DNA of 64,000 bases. Source: Escherichia phage W143. The DNA is taken from the sequence record MZ189262.1; one strand, 5' to 3'. Positions 19,974-29,884 of the stretch are shown in pieces (positions within the stretch are counted from its first letter, which is position 1; each line of letters begins with the position of its first letter). Both the position numbers and the translations under genes were made by a program. The notes beneath the pieces are model-generated. The model did not search any database, was not told the origin of the DNA, and was given only the letters and a program-made list of their open reading frames with translations.

Positions 19974-21147
19974 TAAATTCTTCCATATCACTTAACTGAT
20001 CTAGGTCAGTTTCTAAATCAGCTGCTGATTTACTTTTACTTTCTGGAGATTTAAATTTTTCAACCTTTGAGTTAATCAATTCATCAACTTCAGCTTCAAC
20101 AATTTCATTACTATCAATAGCACCTAACTGATAAGCGCGTTTAATAGCATCTCGGAATGGTTGATGCTTAAATAAAGGACCCCAGAATGTAGTGCAATTG
20201 GTATCTTTTGCACGCCAAGATTTTTCTTCGCGAATCATCTCACCGGTTTCTTCGTCAAGAAATTCACGAGCATACCAACCGTTTTTAGGTTTTACTACAA
20301 ATCCTAATTCAAGAGCCATATCTAACAATCCAGAATAAGGATCGATGCCACCGTCAAATTTAACATCAATAAAGAATTTACTTTTTTCTTTGACGGTACG
20401 AGATTTTTCTACATTTAGAACAAATTGATACCCCTGGAGATCAGAACCATCTTTAATCTGGCGCTTACCGATAATGAATACAGTATCAGCCGAATACATT
20501 ACGCCTGTACCACCTGTCATCACGGTTTTACTAAACATTTCAATTGTTTCAATTGTATGGTTAACCGCAACACATGGAATGTTTTTAATACTAAAATAAG
20601 GAGTAACAATACGGAATAATGACTTCAGTGATTTAGCACGAGTCATATCTGCCACAGATTTTTCATTCAAGGCATCTTCCGTTTCTTTCTTAGAAGCCAT
20701 ATTACCGATTGAGTCGATGAATACAATAACTTTTTCACCGCGCTCGATAGCTTCAAGCTGATTCACCATATCAATTTTCAGTTGTTCAACTGACTGAATT
20801 GGCGTATGAATTACTCGTTCCGGGTCAACTCCCATGGATCGCAAATAAGCTGGAGTAATACCAAATTCGCTATCATAAAATAGACATACCGCGTCAGGAT
20901 ATTTGTTCAAATACGCCGCAACCATAGTCAAAGACATATTTGATTTAAAGTGTTTAGAAGGACCTGCAAAAATGGTTAAACCAGACTGCATTCCACCATC
21001 AATCGCACCTGAAATAGCGATATTAAGCATTGGAATTTTTGTACGGATTACATCCTTTTCATTAAAGAATTTAGATGTAGTCAGTTCAGCAGTCATTTTA
21101 GAAGTGGAAGCTTTAATCAAACGGGATTTTAAATCTGCAATAGACAT
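19966..21147 (-). CDS. uvsX: UvsX recombinase (RecA-like)
   Basis: 393-aa ORF; Walker A GPSKHFKS, RecA fold; N-terminus differs slightly from T4. Confidence 0.9.
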   Translation of the reverse strand: MSIADLKSRLIKASTSKMTAELTTSKFFNEKDVIRTKIPMLNIAISGAIDGGMQSGLTIFAGPSKHFKSNMSLTMVAAYLNKYPDAVCLFYDSEFGITPAYLRSMGVDPERVIHTPIQSVEQLKIDMVNQLEAIERGEKVIVFIDSIGNMASKKETEDALNEKSVADMTRAKSLKSLFRIVTPYFSIKNIPCVAVNHTIETIEMFSKTVMTGGTGVMYSADTVFIIGKRQIKDGSDLQGYQFVLNVEKSRTVKEKSKFFIDVKFDGGIDPYSGLLDMALELGFVVKPKNGWYAREFLDEETGEMIREEKSWRAKDTNCTTFWGPLFKHQPFRDAIKRAYQLGAIDSNEIVEAEVDELINSKVEKFKSPESKSKSAADLETDLDQLSDMEEFNE

Positions 21148-21200
21148 TCATTTTTTCCATAGGCATCATTATATTTTCCTCACTGGTTAAAGATAGAGTA

Positions 21201-21224
21201 ATTATAACACAATAAATTTAGGCA
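21201..21224 (-). promoter_or_regulatory. middle-promoter-like element (TGCCTAA box, 11 bp, TATAAT)
   Basis: minus-strand MotA-box variant then TATAAT upstream of uvsX. Confidence 0.3.
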
Positions 21225-22073
21225 TTAATCAACCGCTATTGGATGAATAGCATTAAACTTATGAAACGCTTCTGATTTTTCTTTGCGTGAAACACACATG
21301 CGAAGAACCTTTAATGGCTCGTCTTCTTCACCTAATGATTTTCGTTTTTCAATATTAGAAGTTTTCCAACGAGCTTGCTCTGGAAACTCTCTATTGATTT
21401 GCTCAAGAGCTCTATTATGTTTTGAATTACTACGAATTGAACTACATCCACCGGGGGCTTGTGCTTTTCCAGATACAACTAGATATTTGAACAAGGCCAA
21501 ATGCGGATAACCTTGATTAATTAAATTGAGAAATGCATACATATCTTCGCATAAATCAATTTTTCCATACCCAATTTGTTCTGTTGTAAGTTTTCCGAGG
21601 TCATACCAGGTATTCGTGAATCCATATGAATTTTCACGATAATTACCCCAAGATGAAGTAATTTTAAAAATAGGTAGACGAGCATGACCGTGATAATACC
21701 CACAATCCATTGCATCTTCCACGTATTGAATCAATTCATAGAACTGTTCACGGGTTAACTGATTAATTTTATCTACGCAGCGACGATCATCTTTCTTTCG
21801 CATTGAACTCATACGAATAGTAGTATCATCGTCAATCATCCAAATTCGTTGACCTGCATACATATCAGTAATTGCTTTACGAGTACCAGCAATTCCATTG
21901 ACATCATCAGGAATAGTTATAATTTTAGCTCTAGACCCATAAGCGTCATAATAAGCTTTTTCTTCGTGTTTACGTACTACAATATGAGGTTCATAATCAG
22001 TCGGAAACATATCAAGGGCAGAAACTGCCCCTACGCGTTGATAGCTTGGAATTACGAATTGAATCATTTCCAC
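21225..22073 (-). CDS. DNA glycosyltransferase, GT-A/DXD type (candidate beta-glucosyl-HMC alpha-glucosyltransferase)
   Basis: 282-aa ORF at the beta-gt position but unlike T4 beta-gt; DXD motif IWMIDDDTTI. Confidence 0.5.
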   Translation of the reverse strand: MEMIQFVIPSYQRVGAVSALDMFPTDYEPHIVVRKHEEKAYYDAYGSRAKIITIPDDVNGIAGTRKAITDMYAGQRIWMIDDDTTIRMSSMRKKDDRRCVDKINQLTREQFYELIQYVEDAMDCGYYHGHARLPIFKITSSWGNYRENSYGFTNTWYDLGKLTTEQIGYGKIDLCEDMYAFLNLINQGYPHLALFKYLVVSGKAQAPGGCSSIRSNSKHNRALEQINREFPEQARWKTSNIEKRKSLGEEDEPLKVLRMCVSRKEKSEAFHKFNAIHPIAVD

Positions 22074-22804
22074 TCACCATTATAATCTTTTTTCGCAATA
22101 TGAGTTTCGCCAGTTTTCCACCAATGGTCAACCAAATAAAAATGACGGGAATACACATGAAGGCTTCCGACATTCCATATAATGGAACCTGCTTTATACT
22201 GACGAGTTGAATCGCCTGCATTCAAATCAGATACTAATTCATTTAGTACGTATTTTTGCCATGCATAATCATTACGGAATCCGAAGACCACGTCATTTGA
22301 ACGCATGCTTACTACTGCATTGACTTTCTTATCACGAATCAGGTACTGTACTGTATTCGTACACATGAAATCTGACATACCATCTTTGTTGTAGTCAAAC
22401 TGCATGGATGGACGAGTATAAATCATGATACCACGCCGAGAATCAGGATTTTGACCAAGTTCAGCTAAACACATATCATACTGAGCATAGTTATCTTCTG
22501 ACCAAATAGCCCAACCATAATTCGAGTTAATTTCGCCTTTAGAAGATGCTACCTGCTGCCAAATCTTTGGTGTTTCACCTGGAATATCTTTAACAAACAA
22601 ACTTTGAGACTTATACCATTCAAGTTCACGTTGAATGTATTCATCATTAAGAGCGCCAAAAATAAAAGGTTCATCTGCTACAAATGATGCACCAATAATT
22701 TCAATAGTTTTAACACCAGTTTTATCAACTACGAAATCTTTTTCTTTTAATGCAAGCCCCAAATGAAGACGGATTTCTTCAACTGTCATAGAGTCATTAA
22801 TCAT
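22064..22804 (-). CDS. 42: dCMP hydroxymethylase gp42
   Basis: 246-aa ORF, thymidylate-synthase-like. Confidence 0.9.
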   Translation of the reverse strand: MINDSMTVEEIRLHLGLALKEKDFVVDKTGVKTIEIIGASFVADEPFIFGALNDEYIQRELEWYKSQSLFVKDIPGETPKIWQQVASSKGEINSNYGWAIWSEDNYAQYDMCLAELGQNPDSRRGIMIYTRPSMQFDYNKDGMSDFMCTNTVQYLIRDKKVNAVVSMRSNDVVFGFRNDYAWQKYVLNELVSDLNAGDSTRQYKAGSIIWNVGSLHVYSRHFYLVDHWWKTGETHIAKKDYNGEWK

Positions 22805-22811
22805 TTAAACC

Positions 22812-22961
22812 TCAATTGATACATTCATATTTAACTTGTAACAGTAATAAACCCCAACCTATAATAAGTGGCGGAATCATAAGAGGAACTGTTACGCTAT
22901 AGTATATACTTATTATAATCATCAAGATTAAAAGCAATACTGCTAAAATTTTGCTTTTCAT
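22812..22961 (-). CDS. small membrane peptide
   Basis: 49-aa hydrophobic ORF (MKSKILAVLLLILMIIISIYY...); ATG overlaps the imm stop (ATGA). Confidence 0.35.
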   Translation of the reverse strand: MKSKILAVLLLILMIIISIYYSVTVPLMIPPLIIGWGLLLLQVKYECIN

Positions 22962-23209
22962 TCCTTCTCTCTGATGATAATTACTTGATTTTGCTGTGCA
23001 GATTTTTTAGTTTCACCCGCAATTGACCAAATAAATGTAATAAACCAACCAATAATTGACCAATTAAACAGTAAAGATGTGAAAAAGATTCCTACTGTCG
23101 ATTTTGACCCACGCATCAAGGCAATGAACCAAGGAAGCATGTATATAATAATAGCCAACATGCCTGAAACTAAAACCATAAAAATTGAACCTGCTACTAA
23201 AGTTTCCAT
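22958..23209 (-). CDS. imm: Imm superinfection immunity protein
   Basis: 83-aa ORF with two TM helices; size and position between 42 and 43. Confidence 0.8.
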   Translation of the reverse strand: METLVAGSIFMVLVSGMLAIIIYMLPWFIALMRGSKSTVGIFFTSLLFNWSIIGWFITFIWSIAGETKKSAQQNQVIIIREKE

Positions 23210-23216
23210 GTTTTCC

Positions 23217-23609
23217 TCACTTAGTCAAATTTTTTACACATGAATTATAAGAATTCACTACATACTCCATCGGAGCATTTTTACCAGTACGCCATTGATA
23301 ATTATTAGCCCAATTAGCCCAAAGTTCAGCACAGTAGTTTTCAATTTTTTCTTCACGCGTAATCACATCTGAATTACGATATGCTTGTGCAGATTCATCT
23401 GGACGAATAGCTTCATCAAAATTCGCCTGCATTTGTTCTACTGTCTGTTTTGGAGCTTCTTTATAACACTTAACATTAGGATTATAAAATTTGCTTGAAC
23501 AGTTTACAATTTTTCCTACATCAGATTGATTTACTACCGGTCCTTGAGCTACACAACCAGTAAGACCCAATGCAATAGCCAAAATAGCGATTTTCATTTC
23601 ATTCTCCAA
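23217..23609 (-). CDS. putative lipoprotein (imm.1 position)
   Basis: 130-aa ORF; signal peptide with lipobox LTGC. Confidence 0.55.
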   Translation of the reverse strand: MENEMKIAILAIALGLTGCVAQGPVVNQSDVGKIVNCSSKFYNPNVKCYKEAPKQTVEQMQANFDEAIRPDESAQAYRNSDVITREEKIENYCAELWANWANNYQWRTGKNAPMEYVVNSYNSCVKNLTK

Positions 23610-23631
23610 ATCCGTATCAGTTGATAGTTGT

Positions 23632-23661
23632 ATAGTACCATGGAAGAACAGTCTTGTAAAC
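23632..23661 (-). promoter_or_regulatory. T4-type early promoter
   Basis: GTTTAC 23661-23656, 18 bp, TACTAT. Confidence 0.65.
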
Positions 23662-23740
23662 AGTTTTGTGAAAAATTTTTTAGGGAATTCTAAAGGTCCA
23701 GAATCATCTGTTTTTCATAAGTATAGATTTATATTACTTG

Positions 23741-23765
23741 TATGAAAAAGGGACCCGGAGGTCCC
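23741..23765 (-). terminator. intrinsic terminator downstream of gene 43
   Basis: GGGACC-CGGA-GGTCCC hairpin followed on the minus strand by UUUUUCAUA. Confidence 0.7.
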
Positions 23766-23778
23766 TAGATTTATTCTA

Positions 23779-26475
23779 TCAGCCAAACAGGAAGTCTAAC
23801 GAAGCTTTTTCTTCATAGTCCATGCCAGCCGATTCACACATACCCGCAAGCGGTTTAACAAACGATTTTTGGAACAAAGTTGAGTGGTCAATCCAAGATA
23901 GCACATCAGAACGAATTTCTTTTGGAAGTTCTGTACCCGATGGCCAAGCAATGCACTTGTCACCAAATGGATTTCCTTCACGTAATGGAAGAACCATTAC
24001 TTTATTTCCATCCAAAATTGGAGCTACACCCAGACCACTAACAGCTCGACGATAAGTTAGCACACCACGAATATGGAACGGACATTTAAATCCTGGCCAA
24101 CCTTTATCATCATATTTCGCTATATCGTTCGCAGTTTTTACTTCAGCAATAACTTTATAGTCAAGTTGACGATATTCTTTCTCAAAGTTCTTATAGTATT
24201 CTTGGACAGACTCTTCGCCTTCCTGAAGAATGCGACGAATACTTTCTTCGAGAGCTTCTTGTACTGCTTTTGGTGTTGAACTCTGTTGAGTTTCCATACC
24301 CATGATTTTTAGATGCGGTTCAGCAAATCGCTTATCTTCCATATCATAAACGTTTAGAGCATAACGTTTTTTCGCTTTCCAAAATCCACCAACACCCTTT
24401 GAACCAAGCGGAGGGCAAGAAATAGCTTCACGGTCCATATGCATCAGATGCTCGCGGTTATTCATATAATCACATAACTCACGATATGCAACATCAATCA
24501 TAGGTTCCATCTTTTTCTTACCAAACTGATTCATGAATTCAACTAAATCATTTTGTTCTTTAAAGCGGTCAAGACCTACTTTTTCAATTACTTTATCTAC
24601 ACAAACATATACAGAATCAGTGTCACCCGCTGCAATGAAATCTTCACCATCAGTTCCACACACTTTATTCAGGTATTCATTAATTTTACGAGCAATCCAC
24701 TGAATACCGACTTGACCAAAAATTGTGATAGCAGTAGCATTTCGCAAATCATAATAACGGAAATGAATATTACCAAGAGCACCATAAAGACTGTTAATAA
24801 GAATTTTACGGTTTAGCTGATTTGTGTTAGCAAGTGTAGCTGCTTTTTCACATTCTTCGATCAGACTATTAAGAACAGATTCAGTGTAATTCGATAATTC
24901 ATTTAAGAAATCATCGTTGAACTTAACATATCGTTCAACTTCTGGTTTAGTTGAACAAGACCCTGCACCTTTCATAATAATCTTTTTAATAGCTTCGGCA
25001 TTCATTTCCTCGGCGAACATTTTCTTTTTCCAATCTTTACGCTGGAAAAATACTTTAGCGATTTCCTTTGGAATGATACCTTCTTGATGCTTATCATACA
25101 TCCATCCATTCGGAGAACAAGAATATTCATCACTCGGTTTAGGAGCTGTTCCTGCGATATATTCATGAATTGGATGAACTTTAAACTGACCACGAATAGT
25201 TTCAGGACTAATGTTAACCTGACGAATAATGCTAGGATACAGAGACGTCAAGTCAAAACTCATAATGTATCGACGGGCAATCGCTTTAGGTTCAAACACA
25301 AATGCACCTGGAAAACTTTGTTTAACGTGCGAACCTTGTTGAGGAATAACCTTGTGTTCACCTTTCAATGAGTTAAAAATAATAGCATCCCAAGTTTTAA
25401 TAGGACTCATTACACCAGAAAAAGGCATTTTAGCATAATAAGACATACTTAAAACTAGATCGATAAACCCACGAATTTTATCAATTGCTTGAACTGATTC
25501 TACGTCAATGATGTTATAACTAATGTATCGTTGATGATTAGTCTCACGAAGTTTATTAATAGGACCATCGTACGGCAATTTACCTTTTTTGGTTTCATGT
25601 TGAGCAACTGATTCCAAAGAGAACGATGGCAAATTAGTAAATGCGAACTTCTTGTATAAATCTAAATAATCAAGAATAGATACGCCATCAATAGAATAAA
25701 TTTCTTTGCTACCGTACATATTTTGAATTAGTTTAGATTTTACTCGACCGATTGGAGAGAAACGTTTCATACTACGTTCGCCGAGAACCATTTTAACACG
25801 ATTCATGATATACGGAACGTCAAATCCCTCAATATTCCAACCAGTAAAAATAGCAGGTCGTTTCTGTTCCCAGAGATTAATATATTCCATGAGCATATCA
25901 TGCTCATTATCAAATGGCATATAAATTACTCGGTCAAGAATTTCTTGAGGAACTTCATCACCACCTTCACAGTCAAGTTTAGCAGCTAACTTTGCATCCC
26001 ATTTTGATACTGAACCGTACATTGAATTCAACAAATCAAAGACGTAAAAACGGTCGTCAATTGAATCATAATGAGTGATAGCATCAATTTCATATTCTGC
26101 TTTCATTGGGTCAGGAAATTTATCGCCAGTAACCTCAATGTCACAGTTAGCTACACGAACAAATTTTCGGTCATAAACAATTTCTGAACCATATGTATCA
26201 CTGATATAAGCGAGTTTAAAATCGTTCATACCAAGAGCTTCGAGACCGATGTCTTCCATTCGTTTCATCCAATCTCGGGCATCTTTCATTGATGGAAATT
26301 TTTGAGGAGCACAGTTTTTACCGTAAATGTCTTTGTATTTTGACTCTTCCTTACAATGCCTAAACATAGTTGGAAGATATTCTACTTCACGAGTACGTTC
26401 CTTTCCATTTTCATCAATATAACGTTCAACAATATTATTTCCGACTGTTTCGATAGAGATATAAAATTCTTTCAT
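23779..26475 (-). CDS. 43: DNA polymerase gp43 (family B)
   Basis: 898-aa ORF with exonuclease and polymerase motifs (YGDTDS-type). Confidence 0.95.
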   Translation of the reverse strand: MKEFYISIETVGNNIVERYIDENGKERTREVEYLPTMFRHCKEESKYKDIYGKNCAPQKFPSMKDARDWMKRMEDIGLEALGMNDFKLAYISDTYGSEIVYDRKFVRVANCDIEVTGDKFPDPMKAEYEIDAITHYDSIDDRFYVFDLLNSMYGSVSKWDAKLAAKLDCEGGDEVPQEILDRVIYMPFDNEHDMLMEYINLWEQKRPAIFTGWNIEGFDVPYIMNRVKMVLGERSMKRFSPIGRVKSKLIQNMYGSKEIYSIDGVSILDYLDLYKKFAFTNLPSFSLESVAQHETKKGKLPYDGPINKLRETNHQRYISYNIIDVESVQAIDKIRGFIDLVLSMSYYAKMPFSGVMSPIKTWDAIIFNSLKGEHKVIPQQGSHVKQSFPGAFVFEPKAIARRYIMSFDLTSLYPSIIRQVNISPETIRGQFKVHPIHEYIAGTAPKPSDEYSCSPNGWMYDKHQEGIIPKEIAKVFFQRKDWKKKMFAEEMNAEAIKKIIMKGAGSCSTKPEVERYVKFNDDFLNELSNYTESVLNSLIEECEKAATLANTNQLNRKILINSLYGALGNIHFRYYDLRNATAITIFGQVGIQWIARKINEYLNKVCGTDGEDFIAAGDTDSVYVCVDKVIEKVGLDRFKEQNDLVEFMNQFGKKKMEPMIDVAYRELCDYMNNREHLMHMDREAISCPPLGSKGVGGFWKAKKRYALNVYDMEDKRFAEPHLKIMGMETQQSSTPKAVQEALEESIRRILQEGEESVQEYYKNFEKEYRQLDYKVIAEVKTANDIAKYDDKGWPGFKCPFHIRGVLTYRRAVSGLGVAPILDGNKVMVLPLREGNPFGDKCIAWPSGTELPKEIRSDVLSWIDHSTLFQKSFVKPLAGMCESAGMDYEEKASLDFLFG

Positions 26476-26525
26476 AGATATTCCTTAGTTTATAGCCCGA
26501 GTTATTAGGCTCTTGATATATTATA

Positions 26526-26549
26526 CTCCAAATAAGGGGCCGAAGCCCC
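26526..26549 (-). other. UUCG-tetraloop hairpin between regA and gene 43
   Basis: GGGGC-CGAA-GCCCC followed by UUAUUUGG and a TATAAT element. Confidence 0.5.
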
Positions 26550-26553
26550 TTGC

Positions 26554-26922
26554 TTAATTTCCAATCGTATATTTAGGAACGAGTTTCCATTCATGTTTTT
26601 GTTTAAAAGAAATAACTCGGAAGTTATTAGTTAAATCTTTCATAAAAGTTCTTTGACCGGGAGCGATTTCAATCAGTCCCCAATCTTCTAACAGCCATGC
26701 GATTGAATCACGACGAACTTCATCTTCTTCTGTCATTTCAACCTGGCGACCATCCATACGAAGCATTTCTTTAAAATGAACGATATAGTATAGTCCTTTT
26801 TTCTGGAGAATATGACAGGATTGATACAGAACTTTATCTTTATTATTAGCAATTCCCATACGAGTCAAAGTTTCTTTAACTTTCAGAAAATCTTCAGGTT
26901 TTTTAAGAGTAATTTCAATCAT
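26554..26922 (-). CDS. regA: RegA translational repressor
   Basis: 122-aa ORF directly downstream of gene 62. Confidence 0.85.
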   Translation of the reverse strand: MIEITLKKPEDFLKVKETLTRMGIANNKDKVLYQSCHILQKKGLYYIVHFKEMLRMDGRQVEMTEEDEVRRDSIAWLLEDWGLIEIAPGQRTFMKDLTNNFRVISFKQKHEWKLVPKYTIGN

Positions 26923-26923
26923 T

Positions 26924-27487
26924 TTACCATTCCAATGCTAGTTTTTTGAGTTGTTTCTGTTCTTTTACATTCTTAGTCACTTCTTTCAAAAAATCATCCG
27001 TGACTAAACCTTTTAGTTCTTTTAATACTAAAGGAAGTTTTCCATTTTTAGTAAGAATTGATTTATAGTTAATTGCATCATTTGTATTAACTTGATACCG
27101 CTTAGCAAGTAACTTAATAATCAATACTTCAGTAGAATCTTCAACCAGTTTTGCCCATTTACCATATCTTTTACCCCGAGGAACAGCAGCCATCAGATAA
27201 TTAAAATGGGCTTCATCGCTTAAACCTGATCCAATTAAATTCATAGCATATACAGCTGGCATGCACTCCGGAAATTGTGATAATGCATTCTCAACCATGT
27301 ATTTTGAATAATCTTTTTGAGCAATAGAGCATTTAGTTTTATTATTAATAGCTCCAATTATTTCAAAAAACTCATTTTCAGCTTTTTCTTTAAAAGAATC
27401 AGCAGCAGATTGGACCGCTGTCCAATCTTTTGAATACCAAGCAACTTGATGCTCGTTTAATTGAATATCATCTTCAAATAAGCTCAT
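26924..27487 (-). CDS. 62: clamp loader small subunit gp62
   Basis: start set at [10 protein letters not shown] (187 aa); track ORF has a 7-codon N-terminal extension. Confidence 0.85.
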   Translation of the reverse strand: MSLFEDDIQLNEHQVAWYSKDWTAVQSAADSFKEKAENEFFEIIGAINNKTKCSIAQKDYSKYMVENALSQFPECMPAVYAMNLIGSGLSDEAHFNYLMAAVPRGKRYGKWAKLVEDSTEVLIIKLLAKRYQVNTNDAINYKSILTKNGKLPLVLKELKGLVTDDFLKEVTKNVKEQKQLKKLALEW

Positions 27488-27488
27488 A

Positions 27489-28448
27489 TCACTTCCACTG
27501 CATTTCACATGCCAATTGAATGAAAAGATATGCTAAATGTAATTCAGTATTAGCCGCAATTCCATGATACTGGTTATTTTCACCAACAATTTCATACATA
27601 CGAATAATACTTTGCGGAGTTACGCGTGTATAAATTTCTTCGGCAAGTTTACCTACGAACCACGAATAATCAGCTGCATATTTTGGTGCTAAAGCTCTGA
27701 GCTGTTTAACATCTTTATTTTTGAGAGATTCAAGAACATCATCAATAGCACCACGATCGTTAGTAACCAGTGATAAAATACCAGCATCCAAAACACCTTT
27801 AGATGAATAACTATCGAGCTCGCCAATAGTTTTACGAAAATCAGGAAAATTCTTTTTAACCAAAGCTGCTACAACTTTCATATCAGCTATAGCAATTCCT
27901 TCATGCTTACAGATTTCAGTCAATCGACGAATCATCTGCTTCATCATTTCAATTTTATCTTCATCGGTCGGTTGACCGAATGTAATAACTCGACAGCGTG
28001 ACTGAAGCGGTTTAATAATACCATCAATATTGTTAGCAGTAATAATAATACTACAGTTTGAACTATAAGCTTCCATAAAGGAACGAAGATGTCGCTGAGA
28101 CTCTGCTAACCCTGAACGGTCAAATTCATCAATAACGATTACTTTTTGACGACCATCAAATGAAGCTGCGCTAGCAAAATTAGTCAAAGGACCGCGAACG
28201 AAATCAATTTTACAATCTGACCCATTCACAAACATCATATCAGCATTTACGTCATGACACAATGCTTTTGCTACGGTTGTTTTACCTGTTCCTGGAGAAG
28301 GAGAATGAAGAATAATATGTGGAATCTTACCTTTACTTGTAATAGATTTAAAGGTTTCTTTATCAAAGGCGGGAAGAATACATTCATCGATAGTAGATGG
28401 ACGATATTTCTGTTCAAGAATGTGTTCTTTTTCATTTACAGTAATCAT
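27489..28448 (-). CDS. 44: clamp loader large subunit gp44 (AAA+)
   Basis: start set at MITVNEKEH (319 aa); Walker [14 protein letters not shown] motif. Confidence 0.9.
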   Translation of the reverse strand: MITVNEKEHILEQKYRPSTIDECILPAFDKETFKSITSKGKIPHIILHSPSPGTGKTTVAKALCHDVNADMMFVNGSDCKIDFVRGPLTNFASAASFDGRQKVIVIDEFDRSGLAESQRHLRSFMEAYSSNCSIIITANNIDGIIKPLQSRCRVITFGQPTDEDKIEMMKQMIRRLTEICKHEGIAIADMKVVAALVKKNFPDFRKTIGELDSYSSKGVLDAGILSLVTNDRGAIDDVLESLKNKDVKQLRALAPKYAADYSWFVGKLAEEIYTRVTPQSIIRMYEIVGENNQYHGIAANTELHLAYLFIQLACEMQWK

Positions 28449-28482
28449 AATTTCCTCATTCAAGTTTTAGTGTAAATTATAA

Positions 28483-28496
28483 AGGGCCGAAGCCCT
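28483..28496 (-). other. UUCG-tetraloop hairpin between genes 45 and 44
   Basis: AGGGC-CGAA-GCCCT palindrome. Confidence 0.5.
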
Positions 28497-28499
28497 CTA

Positions 28500-29186
28500 T
28501 TAAAAATCGTGGGTAGAATCAGCTTCAAGAGCTACTACATAATTCGCATGTTCACCTTCAAATTTAGCAGCGCCTTGTTTACCTTTTGCCCAGAGCAGAA
28601 GTTTATAATTTCCTGGTTGCATTTTCATATTTGCCATATTGATAATGAAATTAAATGTATTTTCACCATCATAATCACCAAGAGTCAAAGAATATTTAAC
28701 ACGGGTCAAAGCAGAATCTTCTACTTTATTAAAACCGTTAATTACGATTTTACCTTCTTTTACTGTGATAGCAATTGTATCAATCTGCAGACCACGAGAT
28801 ACACGCAACAGCTGTTGAAGGTCTTCAGCTTTAATTTCAGTAACAACAGATGCTACTGGGAATGGAATTGGTTTATTAGGAGCAACTACTGTACTCGGAT
28901 CGGCTGCTGGCCAAAAAATTGTTGAACGGGCATCAGCAATTTTAATATTTCCATCTTCTGACTGGGAAATTTCTGCATCATCATTAACCAGAGACAGAAT
29001 ACCGAGAAAACCGTTCAAATCGTAAATTGCTACATCAAAATCAATAGTGTCAGAAATATTTGCTTCCGCATAAGTGGTACCATTAACCGCGCGAGTCATA
29101 ATAAATTGACCGGATTTAAGCATAATACCAGAGTTAATAGTAGCGAAATTTTTGAGCAGAGCAGTAGTATCTTTAGACAGTTTCAT
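28500..29186 (-). CDS. 45: sliding clamp gp45
   Basis: 228-aa ORF upstream of 44/62. Confidence 0.9.
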   Translation of the reverse strand: MKLSKDTTALLKNFATINSGIMLKSGQFIMTRAVNGTTYAEANISDTIDFDVAIYDLNGFLGILSLVNDDAEISQSEDGNIKIADARSTIFWPAADPSTVVAPNKPIPFPVASVVTEIKAEDLQQLLRVSRGLQIDTIAITVKEGKIVINGFNKVEDSALTRVKYSLTLGDYDGENTFNFIINMANMKMQPGNYKLLLWAKGKQGAAKFEGEHANYVVALEADSTHDF

Positions 29187-29216
29187 GTAATTTCCTTCAA
29201 TTCAAATGAGATTTAA

Positions 29217-29241
29217 TTTTATAACTAATTTAATAAAGCAA
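29217..29241 (-). promoter_or_regulatory. MotA-dependent middle promoter (TTGCTTTA box) for gene 45
   Basis: minus-strand TTGCTTTA at 29241-29234 followed about 10-11 bp later by a TATAAA-type -10. Confidence 0.45.
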
Positions 29242-29631
29242 TTAACGATTAAAATCAGCAGCAATTGTTTCCGCAACAATTTGAGCAGCAACAATTAGAC
29301 GTTCATCTGCATTACCGCAATAATCATCTTCAAGGCGTTCACCGCATGAAGTCATAATAAATTTGGCACCAGCGTTTAGAGATTCTGCCGTATGTTTGCG
29401 CATCAGTTCAATCCATTTATCACTCACTTCACGATCGATAGCTTCATAATACGCATGACGAGCAGGTGCAGATTTAATTTTGCTCTGAATAACTTCCATT
29501 GCGTTATCAGAAAGAGACAAAACCCACGCTCGACGAATTTTATTTTGGTTTTGTGGATTTGATTCAGAACGCACGTGTTTTGGCTGAATATCTTTTACAT
29601 CAACAGTATAATTCACAGTAATTTTAGTCAT
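29242..29631 (-). CDS. rpbA: RpbA RNA polymerase-binding protein
   Basis: 129-aa ORF immediately upstream of gene 45. Confidence 0.8.
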   Translation of the reverse strand: MTKITVNYTVDVKDIQPKHVRSESNPQNQNKIRRAWVLSLSDNAMEVIQSKIKSAPARHAYYEAIDREVSDKWIELMRKHTAESLNAGAKFIMTSCGERLEDDYCGNADERLIVAAQIVAETIAADFNR

Positions 29632-29640
29632 AATACACCT

Positions 29641-29829
29641 TTAGTCATAATAATCAATAACAGTCCAAGCTTCATTTCTGTTGGACATTATTTTCGTATA
29701 TTCTGATTTAAATGCATTCTTAAGCATAGATTCAGTAACTATATGCTCTTCATTAGAAAAATTATTTCTCAGAATATATCGTTTTATTTCAGGAATAGTT
29801 AATAGATGCTGTCCAGTTGAATATTCCAT
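29641..29829 (-). CDS. hypothetical protein (45.2 position)
   Basis: 62-aa ORF. Confidence 0.5.
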   Translation of the reverse strand: MEYSTGQHLLTIPEIKRYILRNNFSNEEHIVTESMLKNAFKSEYTKIMSNRNEAWTVIDYYD

Positions 29830-29846
29830 GTTTTTCCTCCATAGAG

Positions 29847-29870
29847 ATTATACTCTAATAAATTAAAGCA
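29847..29870 (-). promoter_or_regulatory. MotA-dependent middle promoter (TGCTTTA, 11 bp, TATAAT)
   Basis: minus-strand MotA box 29870-29864 and TATAAT 29852-29847, within a palindromic intergenic region. Confidence 0.55.
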
Positions 29871-29884
29871 TAATCTCTTATAAA

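Noticed and set aside
23796-23981. 61-aa minus-strand ORF overlapping the 3' end of gene 43; similarly 33167-33367 and 14030-14242
   Set aside because: Out-of-frame overlaps inside well-supported genes (43, alpha-gt, and the 14058-14399 ORF) with no independent start signals.
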